From Minisyncoccota bacterium (GTDB lineage: Bacteria > Patescibacteriota > Minisyncoccia > Phycocordibacterales > XYD1-FULL-46-19): a stretch of 64,000 nucleotides of DNA. Below the pieces are notes generated by a model. The model was given only the letters and a program-made list of their open reading frames with translations, ran no database searches and had not been told where the DNA came from. Below, piece after piece: positions 41,709 to 51,380 of the stretch. Each line of letters begins with the position of its first letter. Position 1 is the stretch's first letter. Position numbers and translations under genes: made by a program. The stretch spans positions 502-64,501 of the forward strand of contig JBAZRF010000005.1 in NCBI GenBank assembly GCA_041663165.1. Reading direction: 5' to 3'.

Positions 41709-44180
41709 ATGCCAAACAAAAAAGGACAAAAAAAAGAAGACGACGGTTTGCCAGTACCAGCGGAAAAGATTTTGCCGATCGATATTGTTAAAGAGATGCG
41801 CGATTCGTATCTCGACTACTCAATGTCGGTTATTATCGGTCGGGCCTTGCCCGATGTGCGCGATGGGTTAAAACCAGTGCAACGCCGCATTCTTTTCTCG
41901 ATGCACGAACTCGGCCTAACTTTTTCGGCCAAATTCCGCAAATCAGCGACCGTCGTTGGCGATGTATTGGGTAAATATCATCCCCATGGCGATTCGGCCT
42001 GTTATGAGGCGATGGTACGTTTGGCTCAAGACTTTTCTTTGCGCTATCCGCTTGTCGCTGGTCAGGGTAACTTTGGTTCAATCGATGGCGATTCGGCGGC
42101 GGCCATGCGTTATACCGAGGCCAAATTATCACGCTTGTCGAGCGAAATTTTGCGCGATATCGAAAAAGATACCGTTGATTTTATTCCCAATTACGATGGT
42201 ACCCGACAAGAGCCGGTGGTGATGCCATCGGTGGTACCGAATCTTTTATTAAATGGCGCGATGGGGATTGCGGTGGGTATGGCGACCAAAATCCCGCCCC
42301 ACAATTTAACCGAAGTGATGGACGCTCTTATTCACCTAATCGACAATCCCGAGGCAACGACTGACGACTTGCTCGAATTTGTTAAAGGCCCTGATTTCCC
42401 GACTGGTGGTTTGGCTTATAATCTTGCCGATATCCGTCACGCTTATGCGACTGGCAAAGGGGGAGTCTTGACCCGCGGCGAAGCCGAAATCGTCGAGAAT
42501 AAAGCGGGCAGCTTCCAAATCATTATCAAATCAATTCCCTACCAGGTTAATAAGGCGGAATTGATTATTAAAATTGCCGATTTGGTCCACGAAAAGAAAC
42601 TGGAGGGGATTCGCGATATTCGCGATGAGTCGACCAGAGAATTGCGAGTGGTCATTGACCTTAAAACCGGCACTCAACCGCAAAAGATTTTAAACGCGCT
42701 CTATAAACATACCGAGCTCGAAACTATTTTCCATTACAATTTGCTAATGCTCGTTGACGGGGTGCCTAAATTAATGCCGCTCGAAGGAATTTTGGAAGAA
42801 TTTCTGAAGCATCGCCAAATTATTGTTGTGCGCCGAACAAAATTTGATTTAAAGAAGGCCGAAGATCGCGCTCATATTTTAGAGGGTTTAAAAAAGGCGC
42901 TCGATCATATTGATGAAATCATTAAGCTGATTAAGAAGTCTAAGGATACGATAGTGGCGCATGCCAACCTGATGAAAGAGTTCAAGTTTAGCGACTTACA
43001 GGCGACCGCCATTCTTGAAATGCGTTTGCAAAAACTAGCTGGTCTCGAGCGCCAGAAGATCGAAGACGAATTGAAGGAAAAATTGGCGCTGATCAAAGAC
43101 TTAAAAGCGATTTTGGCTGATCCTAAAAAAGTGCTAGCCATTATCAAAAACGAATTTGTTGAGATCAAAGAGAAATACGGCGATGAACGCAAGACCCATA
43201 TCGTTAAAGGCGGGGTCAAAGAAATTAATGTTGAGGATTTAGTTGCCGAAAAAGAAGAAGTGTTGGTGGTGACGGCTGGCGGTTATATTAAGCGCACTGA
43301 TCCGACTGAATATAAAGCGCAAAAGCGCGGCGGGGTCGGTGTGGTAGATGTTAATATGCGCGAGGAGGATTTTGTCACCATCTTCTTGACGGCGAATACT
43401 CACGACGATCTCTTATTCTTTACCGATAAGGGCAAAGCCTTTCAACTTAAAATGTACGATATTGCCGAGGGCAAACGAGCGACGCGCGGCAAGTCGATTA
43501 TGAATTATCTGGCGCTCTCGCCGGAAGAAAAAATTACATCAATTCTCGCCTTGCCAAAAGATTTGAAGACAGCCAAATTCTCGCTCATGATGTTGACGAA
43601 AGACGGTGTGGCGAAGAAGGTTTCGGCCGATAGCTTCAAAGACGTTCGTCGCTCTGGTTTGATTGCGATTAAACTCGCTGATGGTGATGAACTTTTGGCC
43701 GTGCGGCCAGTTGATAAAGGCGATGAAATTATGATGTCTTCACAATTAGGCCAATCCATTCGCTTTAAAGAAACAGATATCCGCGAAATGGGTCGCAATG
43801 CCGCCGGTGTTCGCGGGATGAAATTGAAGAAGGGCGACAAGATTGTCGGTGCCGAGGTGGTTAAAAAAGAACAGGCTACGGGTGACTACCTAGTGATGAG
43901 TGAAAACGGTTATGGTAAGCGCACCAAACTCAAAGAATACAAAATTCAAAAGCGGGGCGGTTCGGGTATCAAAACCATGAGCGTTACTAAGAAAACCGGC
44001 CAGCTCGTTGCCGTTCATGTAAATGACGGGACGGAAGAGGAGGTGTTTGCCATTTCCAAAATGGGTCAAGTCATTCGCACGAAACTCGCCGAAATCTCGG
44101 TTCTTGGCCGGGCTACTCAAGGTGTCCGCGTCATGAAACTCCGCGAAGGGGATTCACTCGCTTCGCTTACCTGTTTATAA
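41709..44180 (+). CDS. gyrA: DNA gyrase subunit A.
   Basis: '[21 protein letters not shown]', '[26 protein letters not shown]' and '[21 protein letters not shown]' are present, followed by C-terminal beta-pinwheel repeats. Confidence 0.9.
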   Translation: MPNKKGQKKEDDGLPVPAEKILPIDIVKEMRDSYLDYSMSVIIGRALPDVRDGLKPVQRRILFSMHELGLTFSAKFRKSATVVGDVLGKYHPHGDSACYEAMVRLAQDFSLRYPLVAGQGNFGSIDGDSAAAMRYTEAKLSRLSSEILRDIEKDTVDFIPNYDGTRQEPVVMPSVVPNLLLNGAMGIAVGMATKIPPHNLTEVMDALIHLIDNPEATTDDLLEFVKGPDFPTGGLAYNLADIRHAYATGKGGVLTRGEAEIVENKAGSFQIIIKSIPYQVNKAELIIKIADLVHEKKLEGIRDIRDESTRELRVVIDLKTGTQPQKILNALYKHTELETIFHYNLLMLVDGVPKLMPLEGILEEFLKHRQIIVVRRTKFDLKKAEDRAHILEGLKKALDHIDEIIKLIKKSKDTIVAHANLMKEFKFSDLQATAILEMRLQKLAGLERQKIEDELKEKLALIKDLKAILADPKKVLAIIKNEFVEIKEKYGDERKTHIVKGGVKEINVEDLVAEKEEVLVVTAGGYIKRTDPTEYKAQKRGGVGVVDVNMREEDFVTIFLTANTHDDLLFFTDKGKAFQLKMYDIAEGKRATRGKSIMNYLALSPEEKITSILALPKDLKTAKFSLMMLTKDGVAKKVSADSFKDVRRSGLIAIKLADGDELLAVRPVDKGDEIMMSSQLGQSIRFKETDIREMGRNAAGVRGMKLKKGDKIVGAEVVKKEQATGDYLVMSENGYGKRTKLKEYKIQKRGGSGIKTMSVTKKTGQLVAVHVNDGTEEEVFAISKMGQVIRTKLAEISVLGRATQGVRVMKLREGDSLASLTCL

Positions 44181-44332
44181 AAAAGACTTTAAATTTGAGA
44201 TAAATTATAGCTATTGACAAATAGGCTATTGCTTGTTATATTTAAACACGGAAGTTGAAAAAAGCGTAAATAAGATAAAACCCAGATATTCGTGAACCAT
44301 AACGCCTACGGGCCACGGGAGAATTAAGCGTC

Positions 44333-44881
44333 ATGAGTAGTCAGATTAGTAGTGCAACGGCGAAGAAGGGTTTGTTCTGGATGGCGATCGTTTTCGCTCT
44401 GGCTCTGGGGGTGTGGGCATGGTACTCCTTTGTCTACCGGCCCGATCACCAGAATCCTCAAGTGGCGGTTGCTCAAGTGGCCACGACCGAGATAGTTAAG
44501 ACCGATCTCGCCAGCCTGAACATTGGCACGGAGGACTTTGGCTGGCTGCCGGTGGTTTGGATGGAAGGAGTAGATAGTGCTAGCGGCCTGTCCGCGATCA
44601 TCATCTCTCTAGATCCCTCTAATTCCAAAGACACCGCCACCTGGCGACCGGCGATTATGAGGACTGGCGGATTCAACCCGGACAAGCGATCATATTCGCA
44701 GATCGCCGACAACGCGTCGGTCGGCGGTTTCAGTACTGTTGCCCACATCTACTCGAAGATCACACATCTCGAAAGAGCGCCCTTCTCGGATGTCTTCTTC
44801 GTCGGTGGCGGAGAGTATCCGGGCAACGTAGCCTACGCGAATTATCTAGCCGAACAGGCGGCCAACAAGAAGAAGCCATAA
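44333..44881 (+). CDS. Hypothetical membrane-anchored protein (high GC).
   Basis: A 182-aa ORF with an N-terminal TM anchor, 'LFWMAIVFALALGVWAWYSFV'. Local GC is about 57%. Confidence 0.3.
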   Translation: MSSQISSATAKKGLFWMAIVFALALGVWAWYSFVYRPDHQNPQVAVAQVATTEIVKTDLASLNIGTEDFGWLPVVWMEGVDSASGLSAIIISLDPSNSKDTATWRPAIMRTGGFNPDKRSYSQIADNASVGGFSTVAHIYSKITHLERAPFSDVFFVGGGEYPGNVAYANYLAEQAANKKKP

Positions 44882-44998
44882 CGTCGCCAAATAACACGCC
44901 CCACTGCGAACCCTACATTCCAGTGGGGCTTTCGCATTTATTAAAGGTGACGTTTTCCCCTTGTTGATAAATCTCTTAACGTGGTAAAATAAGGGCAA

Positions 44999-45529
44999 AT
45001 GGCTTTTGCGGATCCGCTCACTAATTTACAACAAATTAACTTAACCCTGGGGATGACAGTGGTAGATTTTGGCGCTGGTTCGGGCGCCTACACCTTACCG
45101 GCAGCGCGCTTGGTGGCGCCGGCTGGTAAAGTTTACGCGGTTGAAATTCAAAAAGATTTACTCGAGACAATCAAAAAGGCCGCCGAAGCTGAGCATTTGG
45201 GCGGAAACGTTAATTTGATTTGGGGAGATGTTGAGCAGCCTGGCGGTGTTGGGTTGGGAGACAATCTGGCCGATGTCATTATCATTTCTAACCTTTTGTT
45301 TCAGGCTAAATCAATGTACACGCTGGTCTTAGAGGCTAAACGGATCTTAAAACCCAATGGGAAGATTATGGTTATTGACTGGACGGGATCTTTTGGCGGA
45401 CTAGGACCTCAACCTAAAGATATTGTTTCGGCCGAAGAAGTAAAAAAGACTTTTGGCAGCGCTGGGTTAGTTTTCACCTCAGAATTTTCAGCCGGGGAAA
45501 ATCATTATGGGCTAATTTTTATGAAATAA
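44999..45529 (+). CDS. Class I SAM-dependent methyltransferase.
   Basis: 'VVDFGAGSGAYTLPAARLV' is motif I and 'VIIISNLL' is post-I-like. Confidence 0.6.
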   Translation: MAFADPLTNLQQINLTLGMTVVDFGAGSGAYTLPAARLVAPAGKVYAVEIQKDLLETIKKAAEAEHLGGNVNLIWGDVEQPGGVGLGDNLADVIIISNLLFQAKSMYTLVLEAKRILKPNGKIMVIDWTGSFGGLGPQPKDIVSAEEVKKTFGSAGLVFTSEFSAGENHYGLIFMK

Positions 45530-45533
45530 ATTA

Positions 45534-46844
45534 ATGAGTGGTAAAAGTTTGTTCCAAACCATTCTCCTTGTTCTCTTGGGTGCCGCCCTGGTGGTTGCCG
45601 TTTTAATTTTTGCCGGTGTTTTGCCGGGCTTTCGACAGAAAAAAGTTGGTCAGGCTGGTGAAGTTGTGGTCTGGGGCAGTTTTTCTGACAATTCTTTCAT
45701 CCAAATGATGACGACCGACCTTCCTCAAGGGCACGAAAAGGAGTTTTCGGTTAGATATTTTGATAAGGGCGCTGATCTTGAGTCGTCTTTAATCAATGCG
45801 CTTGCCTCCGGCCAAGGTCCCGATGTCATCATTGCTCCCCATGAGCTAATTCTTAAACAGCGCGACAAATTTGCCCTGATTCCTTTTACCTCGGTTCCGC
45901 TTCGCTCTTATCAAGACACTTTTGTTGACGAGGGTGATCTCTTTGTTGTTAAAGATGGGTTTATGGCGCTACCATTGTCAATTGATCCCCTTCTTCTTTA
46001 TTACAACAAAGACGTCTACAATAATGTTAATTTGCTCAAAGCGCCGACCAATTGGGAGGAGTTTATTAAAATTCAACCCATCCTGACCAAAGTGGGCGAA
46101 CTCCATCGATTAGAACAGAGCGCCTTTGCCCTGGGTACTTTTGGCAATAATAATAATGCCAAAGATATTTTATCCTTACTTATTCTCCAGGCCGGGGGCT
46201 CGCCGGCCGTTTCTAACGATGGCCAGATTTCCGTAACCCTCAATAACGACTTTGGTTTTTCTATTAAACCGGCTCAAGCCGCCCTTTCTTTTTTCCTGCA
46301 ATTTGCCGATCCTGTTAAGAGCACCTATTGTTGGAATCGTTCTTTGCCTGAGGCCCGGGATAGTTTCTTGGGTGAAAGTTTGGTCAATTATTTTGGCTTT
46401 GGAAGCGAGGCTTCTTATTTGCGAGAAAAAAATCCCCATCTTAACTTAAACTTAAGTATCGTGCCCCAAATGGAGGGCAAAAATCGCCTGACCTTTGGCC
46501 GTCTGTACGGGGTGGCCGTTCTTAAAACTTCGACCAAATTAAGTGCCACTTGGCCAATGATCTTTGCTTTGACCGGACAAGAACATTCCCAAAAGGCTGC
46601 CGATATTCTTAATCTCGCTCCCTCTCGGCGAGCACTTCTGGTTCCTGACCCGGCTAAGCCGGACCAAAAAGTTATTTTTGATTCCGCCCTCATTAGCCGT
46701 GGTTGGTATGATTTTGCGCCGGCCGAAATCAAGAACCTTTTTCAAACGATGAATGATAACGCTGCTACCGGTCGACTTTCGCCGTCCGAAGCGGTAGAGC
46801 AGGCAGCGGGAGAAATTAGCAAATTAATTAATCCTTCTCAATAA
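45534..46844 (+). CDS. Membrane-anchored extracellular solute-binding protein (family 1, sugar-type ABC SBP-like). It is orphaned, with no permease or ATPase adjacent.
   Basis: An N-terminal TM anchor is followed by about 400 aa with SBP_bac_1-like features ('LSIDPLLLYYNKDVY', 'WEEF'). The assignment is tentative. Confidence 0.45.
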   Translation: MSGKSLFQTILLVLLGAALVVAVLIFAGVLPGFRQKKVGQAGEVVVWGSFSDNSFIQMMTTDLPQGHEKEFSVRYFDKGADLESSLINALASGQGPDVIIAPHELILKQRDKFALIPFTSVPLRSYQDTFVDEGDLFVVKDGFMALPLSIDPLLLYYNKDVYNNVNLLKAPTNWEEFIKIQPILTKVGELHRLEQSAFALGTFGNNNNAKDILSLLILQAGGSPAVSNDGQISVTLNNDFGFSIKPAQAALSFFLQFADPVKSTYCWNRSLPEARDSFLGESLVNYFGFGSEASYLREKNPHLNLNLSIVPQMEGKNRLTFGRLYGVAVLKTSTKLSATWPMIFALTGQEHSQKAADILNLAPSRRALLVPDPAKPDQKVIFDSALISRGWYDFAPAEIKNLFQTMNDNAATGRLSPSEAVEQAAGEISKLINPSQ

Positions 46845-46845
46845 A

Positions 46846-47268
46846 ATGACCGCTAAGAAAGTCAATTATCGTTTCGCCCTCGCTTTCCTGCTGGTTTTGG
46901 TGTTTTTTAATTTCTTGCCACTTTTACTCTTGGCGGCTGACGCTCCGCTTGTTACTACAGTCGGCAGTGATGGTCCGGGCGATTACACCTGGAAGGAGCT
47001 CGTTCAATTATTTAGAAATGTTACCGACTTTATTTTCTTAAGATTGATGATTCCTCTTGCGGTGATCGCCATTGTTTACGCCGGTATTCGAATTTTGTTG
47101 GGGAAGAGCAAGCCAGAAGATTTAATTAAAGAAAAGGGGACGCTTCGCAATGTGGCGATCGGGATCTTTATGGCATTGGGCGCCTATGCTATAGTTAAGA
47201 CAATCTTTAGCTTGCTAGCTGACGATAGTACCAGCGTGATTAGGGGAGTGATGGATCAAGTTTTTTAA
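46846..47268 (+). CDS. Pilin-like small membrane protein (TrbC/VirB2-like two-TM), paralog 1 of 6.
   Basis: A signal peptide plus TM, a charged loop 'GKSKPEDLIKEKG', and a second TM; this architecture is shared by the next five genes. Confidence 0.4.
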   Translation: MTAKKVNYRFALAFLLVLVFFNFLPLLLLAADAPLVTTVGSDGPGDYTWKELVQLFRNVTDFIFLRLMIPLAVIAIVYAGIRILLGKSKPEDLIKEKGTLRNVAIGIFMALGAYAIVKTIFSLLADDSTSVIRGVMDQVF

Positions 47269-47277
47269 TTACCGAAG

Positions 47278-47682
47278 ATGAGAACAAAAAAATATCAACT
47301 TTTGGCTTTGATTTTATTTTTGACCGCTGTGGCCATGCCCAGCTTGGTTTGGGCGGTGGATCCGGTCGGCACCAAAATTTTTGTAAATCCTCTTAAAGCC
47401 GATAACATTACTGAATTGTTAACCGCTGTTCTCGATGTCGTTGTCCAGGTTGGCCTTGTTATTGTTGTCTTTTTTATTATTTACGCTGGTTTCCAATTTG
47501 TAACCGCCCAAGGAAATACGGAAAAAATTAAAGATGCGCGCAAAGCGCTGGTCTACACTCTTATTGGCTCAGCCATTGTTATTGGTTCTTATGCTATTGC
47601 CTCGGCGCTTAAAAGCACGGTCAATCAGCTCACCAACGGTGTTGTCGTTCAATTACAGGAAATTACTAAGTTTAAAACCTAA
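47278..47682 (+). CDS. Pilin-like small membrane protein, paralog 2.
   Basis: A signal peptide, TM1, the loop 'AQGNTEKIKDARK', and TM2. Confidence 0.4.
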   Translation: MRTKKYQLLALILFLTAVAMPSLVWAVDPVGTKIFVNPLKADNITELLTAVLDVVVQVGLVIVVFFIIYAGFQFVTAQGNTEKIKDARKALVYTLIGSAIVIGSYAIASALKSTVNQLTNGVVVQLQEITKFKT

Positions 47683-47686
47683 AAAT

Positions 47687-47992
47687 ATGGCTGCTGCGGG
47701 GAACCTTCAAGGCATTATCCAAGTTATTTTGAAGTCAATTATCGAACCGCTTATCCCGATTTTAGTGGCTCTCGCCATCATTCTTTTTGCTTGGGGATTA
47801 TTTAATTATCTAAAATCAGGGATGGGTGACACTGATGATATCCGAGGAGCCAAAAGCCTAATGTTTTGGGGGATGATTATTATTTTCGTGATGTTTTCGG
47901 TTTGGGGTTTGGTGCTTATCCTTCAAGATGTGTTTTTTAACGGTGGCACGGTGCCAATGGTCGCCCCCAAAGTTATCAGGTATGGTCTGTAA
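47687..47992 (+). CDS. Pilin-like small membrane protein, paralog 3; start trimmed to 'MAAAGNLQG'.
   Basis: TM1 'PILVALAIILFAWGLFNYL', the loop 'KSGMGDTDDIRGAKS', and TM2. Confidence 0.4.
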   Translation: MAAAGNLQGIIQVILKSIIEPLIPILVALAIILFAWGLFNYLKSGMGDTDDIRGAKSLMFWGMIIIFVMFSVWGLVLILQDVFFNGGTVPMVAPKVIRYGL

Positions 47993-48014
47993 TAATTTTT
48001 AATTATTCATTTTT

Positions 48015-48359
48015 ATGTCATTACGTTCTAAAATTGTGGTCGGTTTTGCTTCGCTCTCGCCGGTGATCGCTTCGGCCGGTTATCTCGATGATGTTGCCAC
48101 CACCTTTAAGAAGGTGATTGCCACCGTCTTGCCCGCCTTCATCGGCCTGGCCATCATCGGCTTCGCTTACGGCTTGTTCGTTTATCTTAAGGGTGGGGCT
48201 GAAGACAAGGAGAAGGGTAAGACTTTGATCTTTTGGGGCGGCTTATCAATTGTTGTTTTAATCTCTCTCTACGGTATTGCCGGGTTATTGCAAACTCTCA
48301 CCGGGGCCACGGGGACAATTATTAATGTTCCCTCGGTGGTTACCGGTTTGCATCAATGA
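48015..48359 (+). CDS. Pilin-like small membrane protein, paralog 4.
   Basis: 'LPAFIGLAIIGFAYGLFVYLKGGAEDKEKGKTL' is identical to the corresponding segment of paralog 5. Confidence 0.45.
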   Translation: MSLRSKIVVGFASLSPVIASAGYLDDVATTFKKVIATVLPAFIGLAIIGFAYGLFVYLKGGAEDKEKGKTLIFWGGLSIVVLISLYGIAGLLQTLTGATGTIINVPSVVTGLHQ

Positions 48360-48474
48360 TTCGTTTATCCACCTTTCGGTTTTACTAACCGGCTTTTAAA
48401 CGATATAATTAAGGAGGTCATTATTATTAAATAGTCGATTAATTATTAACTTTAATTATTAAGAAATATTTATT

Positions 48475-48834
48475 ATGTCGCTTCGTGTAAAAATTGGGGC
48501 TGGGTTAATGGCTCTTTTGCCAATGACTTCTTTCGCTCTCGGGTTTAATAATGCTTACTTTACGAACATGTCGGTAGCGTTTAAAACCATAATCGGGAAC
48601 CTTTTGCCCGCCTTCATCGGCCTGGCCATCATCGGCTTCGCTTACGGCTTGTTCGTTTATCTTAAGGGTGGGGCTGAAGACAAGGAGAAGGGTAAGACTT
48701 TGATGATTTGGGGCGGTCTAGCCGTTGTCATCTTGATTTCTATTTACGGCATTGCCGGGTTATTGCAAGATCTGACGGGGGCAACCGATACTAATATTAC
48801 TCCGCCGACGACTATCAAGGGCCTAAATATATAG
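48475..48834 (+). CDS. Pilin-like small membrane protein, paralog 5.
   Basis: A nucleotide block of about 100 bp (48604-48704) is identical to 48129-48229. Confidence 0.45.
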   Translation: MSLRVKIGAGLMALLPMTSFALGFNNAYFTNMSVAFKTIIGNLLPAFIGLAIIGFAYGLFVYLKGGAEDKEKGKTLMIWGGLAVVILISIYGIAGLLQDLTGATDTNITPPTTIKGLNI

Positions 48835-48851
48835 TGGGTTTCTAGATAAAA

Positions 48852-49100
48852 ATGAAATTGCTCGACAATATTAAGGCCTTTGTGGTTGATCCGGTCATTC
48901 TTTTGCTCTTTGGTTTGGCGCTTGTCATTTTCCTTTACGGTTTGGTTATGTTTTTATGGCAAGGCGATACGGTTAAGAATTCGACCGAGGGACGCGATAA
49001 AATTATCTGGGGTCTGGTCGGGATGGCAGTTATGGCTTCGGTTTACGGCTTCTTGGAGGTCATTTCTAAAACCATTGATCAACTGATGACAGGAGTTTAA
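48852..49100 (+). CDS. Pilin-like small membrane protein, paralog 6 (no cleavable signal peptide).
   Basis: TM1 'VILLLFGLALVIFLYGLVMFL', the loop 'WQGDTVKNSTEGRDK', and TM2. Confidence 0.35.
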   Translation: MKLLDNIKAFVVDPVILLLFGLALVIFLYGLVMFLWQGDTVKNSTEGRDKIIWGLVGMAVMASVYGFLEVISKTIDQLMTGV

Positions 49101-49180
49101 TATTTTAAAGAGTAAAGAAAAGTGCCACACCTCCTTGCGGGGGTGTGGCACTTGGTTTTTGTCAAACGCTTCTCCTTTCT

Positions 49181-49759
49181 CTACTTTGTTTTCCACCGCC
49201 AGGTCACATATAGCGGTGGTTCACCTTTGTTCACCTTGAAGTAAACGGGTTCTCCTGGGTCCAGCGTCACGCTGTCCCCGTCGCCAACCGAATGCCACTC
49301 TCCACCGCCACTCTTTATCAAGAAGCGGCGGCCGTGTTCCGCACCCGGAGCTAGGCGGTGGTCGCCTTCAATCGCTCCGTTTTCCCAGGCGATCGGTACT
49401 ACTTCGTCGGTGAGACGAAGGGTTCGCCACTCGCCCCAGCTAGCCTCTTTCGCCGCCGGGCAAGTCTTAGTGCTGCTACACACAGACGCGATATAGCAGA
49501 GCCCATATACGAAGATTACCGCCAACGCCAGAATCATGAACATCCCGTCTCGTGGCAGTGGGGCCTTGGCCTTAGGCTTCTTCTCGGCCGTGGCCGCCGC
49601 TTCCTTGGTGTCGGTCTTCTTTTCTGCCCCTTTCTCTTTGGCCTTCGACACCTTTTCCTTGTTTGTCCTTCTGGCTTGGCATAGCGCCAGAACGACGAAG
49701 ATGGTTGACGGTATCGTTACCACGGAAAGGATTGCTCCTATTGTCCACCACATTGTCAT
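49181..49759 (-). CDS. NfeD-like membrane protein (C-terminal beta-rich/OB-like domain); putative partner of the upstream SPFH protein. High GC.
   Basis: An N-terminal TM, a Lys/Ala-rich linker and a second TM are followed by the C-terminal 'GEWHSVGDGDSVTLDPGEPVYFKVNKGEPPLYV'. The protein lies immediately downstream of an SPFH gene. Confidence 0.35.
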   Translation of the reverse strand: MTMWWTIGAILSVVTIPSTIFVVLALCQARRTNKEKVSKAKEKGAEKKTDTKEAAATAEKKPKAKAPLPRDGMFMILALAVIFVYGLCYIASVCSSTKTCPAAKEASWGEWRTLRLTDEVVPIAWENGAIEGDHRLAPGAEHGRRFLIKSGGGEWHSVGDGDSVTLDPGEPVYFKVNKGEPPLYVTWRWKTK

Positions 49760-49768
49760 ACTCCTTTC

Positions 49769-50839
49769 TTACTTCTTATTGCTAGGGTCAATGTTGAGGA
49801 GAATGCCGCCCGTGTTCTCTGCAACCATATTGATTGTCGCCGGCGGCTGTTTTTCGAGCATATCAAGCACGTTCTGTGACCTGTAGATGGCCTCTGCCGC
49901 TCGCCACGAAACTACCCGTCCCTTGCGAACGACGGTAACACCGTCGGCCGCAAAAACTGGCTTGGCAGCTTCATCAATGATCGCCAAGATCGCGAGGGCA
50001 TGTCCTCTTCCCTTGGCTTGATGGCCCAGGGCTTCTTTCTCGGCACTAAGGACACCTTCGCGGTCTTTCTTCACACTCTCCGGCAGAGCAATCCGTTTGA
50101 GGGTGATCCCGCTCTCCGGACACAGGCGAACGCCGATGTTTGCCAATGCCTGCAAGAAGGTTCGATCCCATAATACTTTTTGCGAGATCTCGCCTGTCTT
50201 GAGCGCCGCGTCATCAACGTTGTAACCCTGAATGATTCGCCGGACCGCTTCTATTGCCAGACTCTTTATCCGGGCCGGTGTATCCTCAACCACGTAGACG
50301 AACAGGTAGCAGGGGTCATCGTGGCCCCGGCTTGGTGCCCCAGTTATTTTGTCGGGGGTCGGGGTGCCGGTGACGGTGGTGGGGATTTCGATCTCTGCCC
50401 TATCGCTGTCGATGACTTGGGCGACGATTTTGAATTCCGGCGTTCCACTACTGCCCCCAAGAAAGACGACTTCGCCTCCCATGTCAGCAGCCGTGACCTC
50501 GATAATGACTTGTTCGAAGGTCCCGTCTTCTCCGCCGTGTGGGGCAAACTTGTCGATCAGTCCCGGTAGACAGAGAATGTGCCAGCCGCCCCTTAGTGTC
50601 AGGTGATAGGTGCCGAGCCGCTCAACGACCCGGAAGTCCTTCTCGGTTACGAATGTCAGCCCTACTCCCGCGTAGATGGCAAACCAGGATAAGAGCCCGG
50701 TCAAACCAAATACGACAGACAACTTCCCAGCTCCTAAGAGCCAGGTCAGGACAATGGTCCCTAAGCCACAAACCGCTCCGCCACCAAGGATCACCACCCA
50801 GGCCAACAACTGCATCTGCCATTTCTTCATCGCGTCCAT
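49769..50839 (-). CDS. SPFH/band-7 (stomatin/prohibitin/HflKC-like) domain membrane protein (high GC).
   Basis: N-terminal TM segments are followed by 'FRVVERLGTYHLTLRGGWHILCLPGLID', an SPFH-domain start, and a long helical tail 'SVKKDREGVLSAEKEALGHQAKGRG'. GC is about 58%. Confidence 0.55.
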   Translation of the reverse strand: MDAMKKWQMQLLAWVVILGGGAVCGLGTIVLTWLLGAGKLSVVFGLTGLLSWFAIYAGVGLTFVTEKDFRVVERLGTYHLTLRGGWHILCLPGLIDKFAPHGGEDGTFEQVIIEVTAADMGGEVVFLGGSSGTPEFKIVAQVIDSDRAEIEIPTTVTGTPTPDKITGAPSRGHDDPCYLFVYVVEDTPARIKSLAIEAVRRIIQGYNVDDAALKTGEISQKVLWDRTFLQALANIGVRLCPESGITLKRIALPESVKKDREGVLSAEKEALGHQAKGRGHALAILAIIDEAAKPVFAADGVTVVRKGRVVSWRAAEAIYRSQNVLDMLEKQPPATINMVAENTGGILLNIDPSNKK

Positions 50840-51041
50840 CCTTCCTAGTTCAGAGTCACACCCTTCTTGAGGGGGACATTAGCTTAACGAAATTGACAAA
50901 AACCTATACAGTCACGAAACGAGGGAACATCCCTGTTTCGATTGTTCAGTGTATCTGCTATTGATTATACACTATATCATACAAGAAGTCAAGGGGTAAA
51001 AGTCCTTGTCTGGCAAGGCTTTTTGAGCGCTTTAATTCTGT

Positions 51042-51123
51042 GCCGAGGAGAGGACTTGAACCTCCATGGATTGCTCCACTAGCTCCTAAGGCTAGCGCGT
51101 CTGCCAATTTCGCCACCTCGGCA
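51042..51123 (-). tRNA. tRNA-Leu (anticodon TAG), with a long variable arm.
   Basis: The reverse complement 'GCCGAGGTGGCGAAATTGGCAGACGCGCTAGCCTTAGGAGCTAGTGGAGCAATCCATGGAGGTTCAAGTCCTCTCCTCGGCA' has anticodon stem ctagc/gctag and loop CTTAGGA. Confidence 0.75.
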
Positions 51124-51181
51124 AGTTTGATTTAAGGACACACGCGCTCGGACCTAAAAAATTTTTAAGTCGCTCGCTTGT

Positions 51182-51254
51182 CCGCCCAGTAGGATTCGGA
51201 CCTACGACCGTTCGCTTAAGAGGCGACTGCTCTACCAACTGAGCTATGGGCGGA
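51182..51254 (-). tRNA. tRNA-Lys (anticodon CTT).
   Basis: The reverse complement 'CCGCCCATAGCTCAGTTGGTAGAGCAGTCGCCTCTTAAGCGAACGGTCGTAGGTCCGAATCCTACTGGGCGGA' has acceptor stem ccgccca/tgggcgg and anticodon loop CTCTTAA. The T-loop is non-canonical (TCCGAAT). Confidence 0.65.
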
Positions 51255-51297
51255 ACTTTTTAATTTTAACAACTAACAAACAACAACTCAACGGTGT

Positions 51298-51379
51298 GCT
51301 TGGGGCGGGAATCGAACCCGCATGAGCATGGCTCACAACATTTTAAGTGTTGCGCGTATACCAATTCCGCCACCCAAGC
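51298..51379 (-). tRNA. tRNA-Leu (anticodon TAA), with a long variable arm.
   Basis: The reverse complement 'GCTTGGGTGGCGGAATTGGTATACGCGCAACACTTAAAATGTTGTGAGCCATGCTCATGCGGGTTCGATTCCCGCCCCAAGCA' has anticodon stem caaca/tgttg and loop CTTAAAA. Confidence 0.75.
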
Positions 51380-51380
51380 C

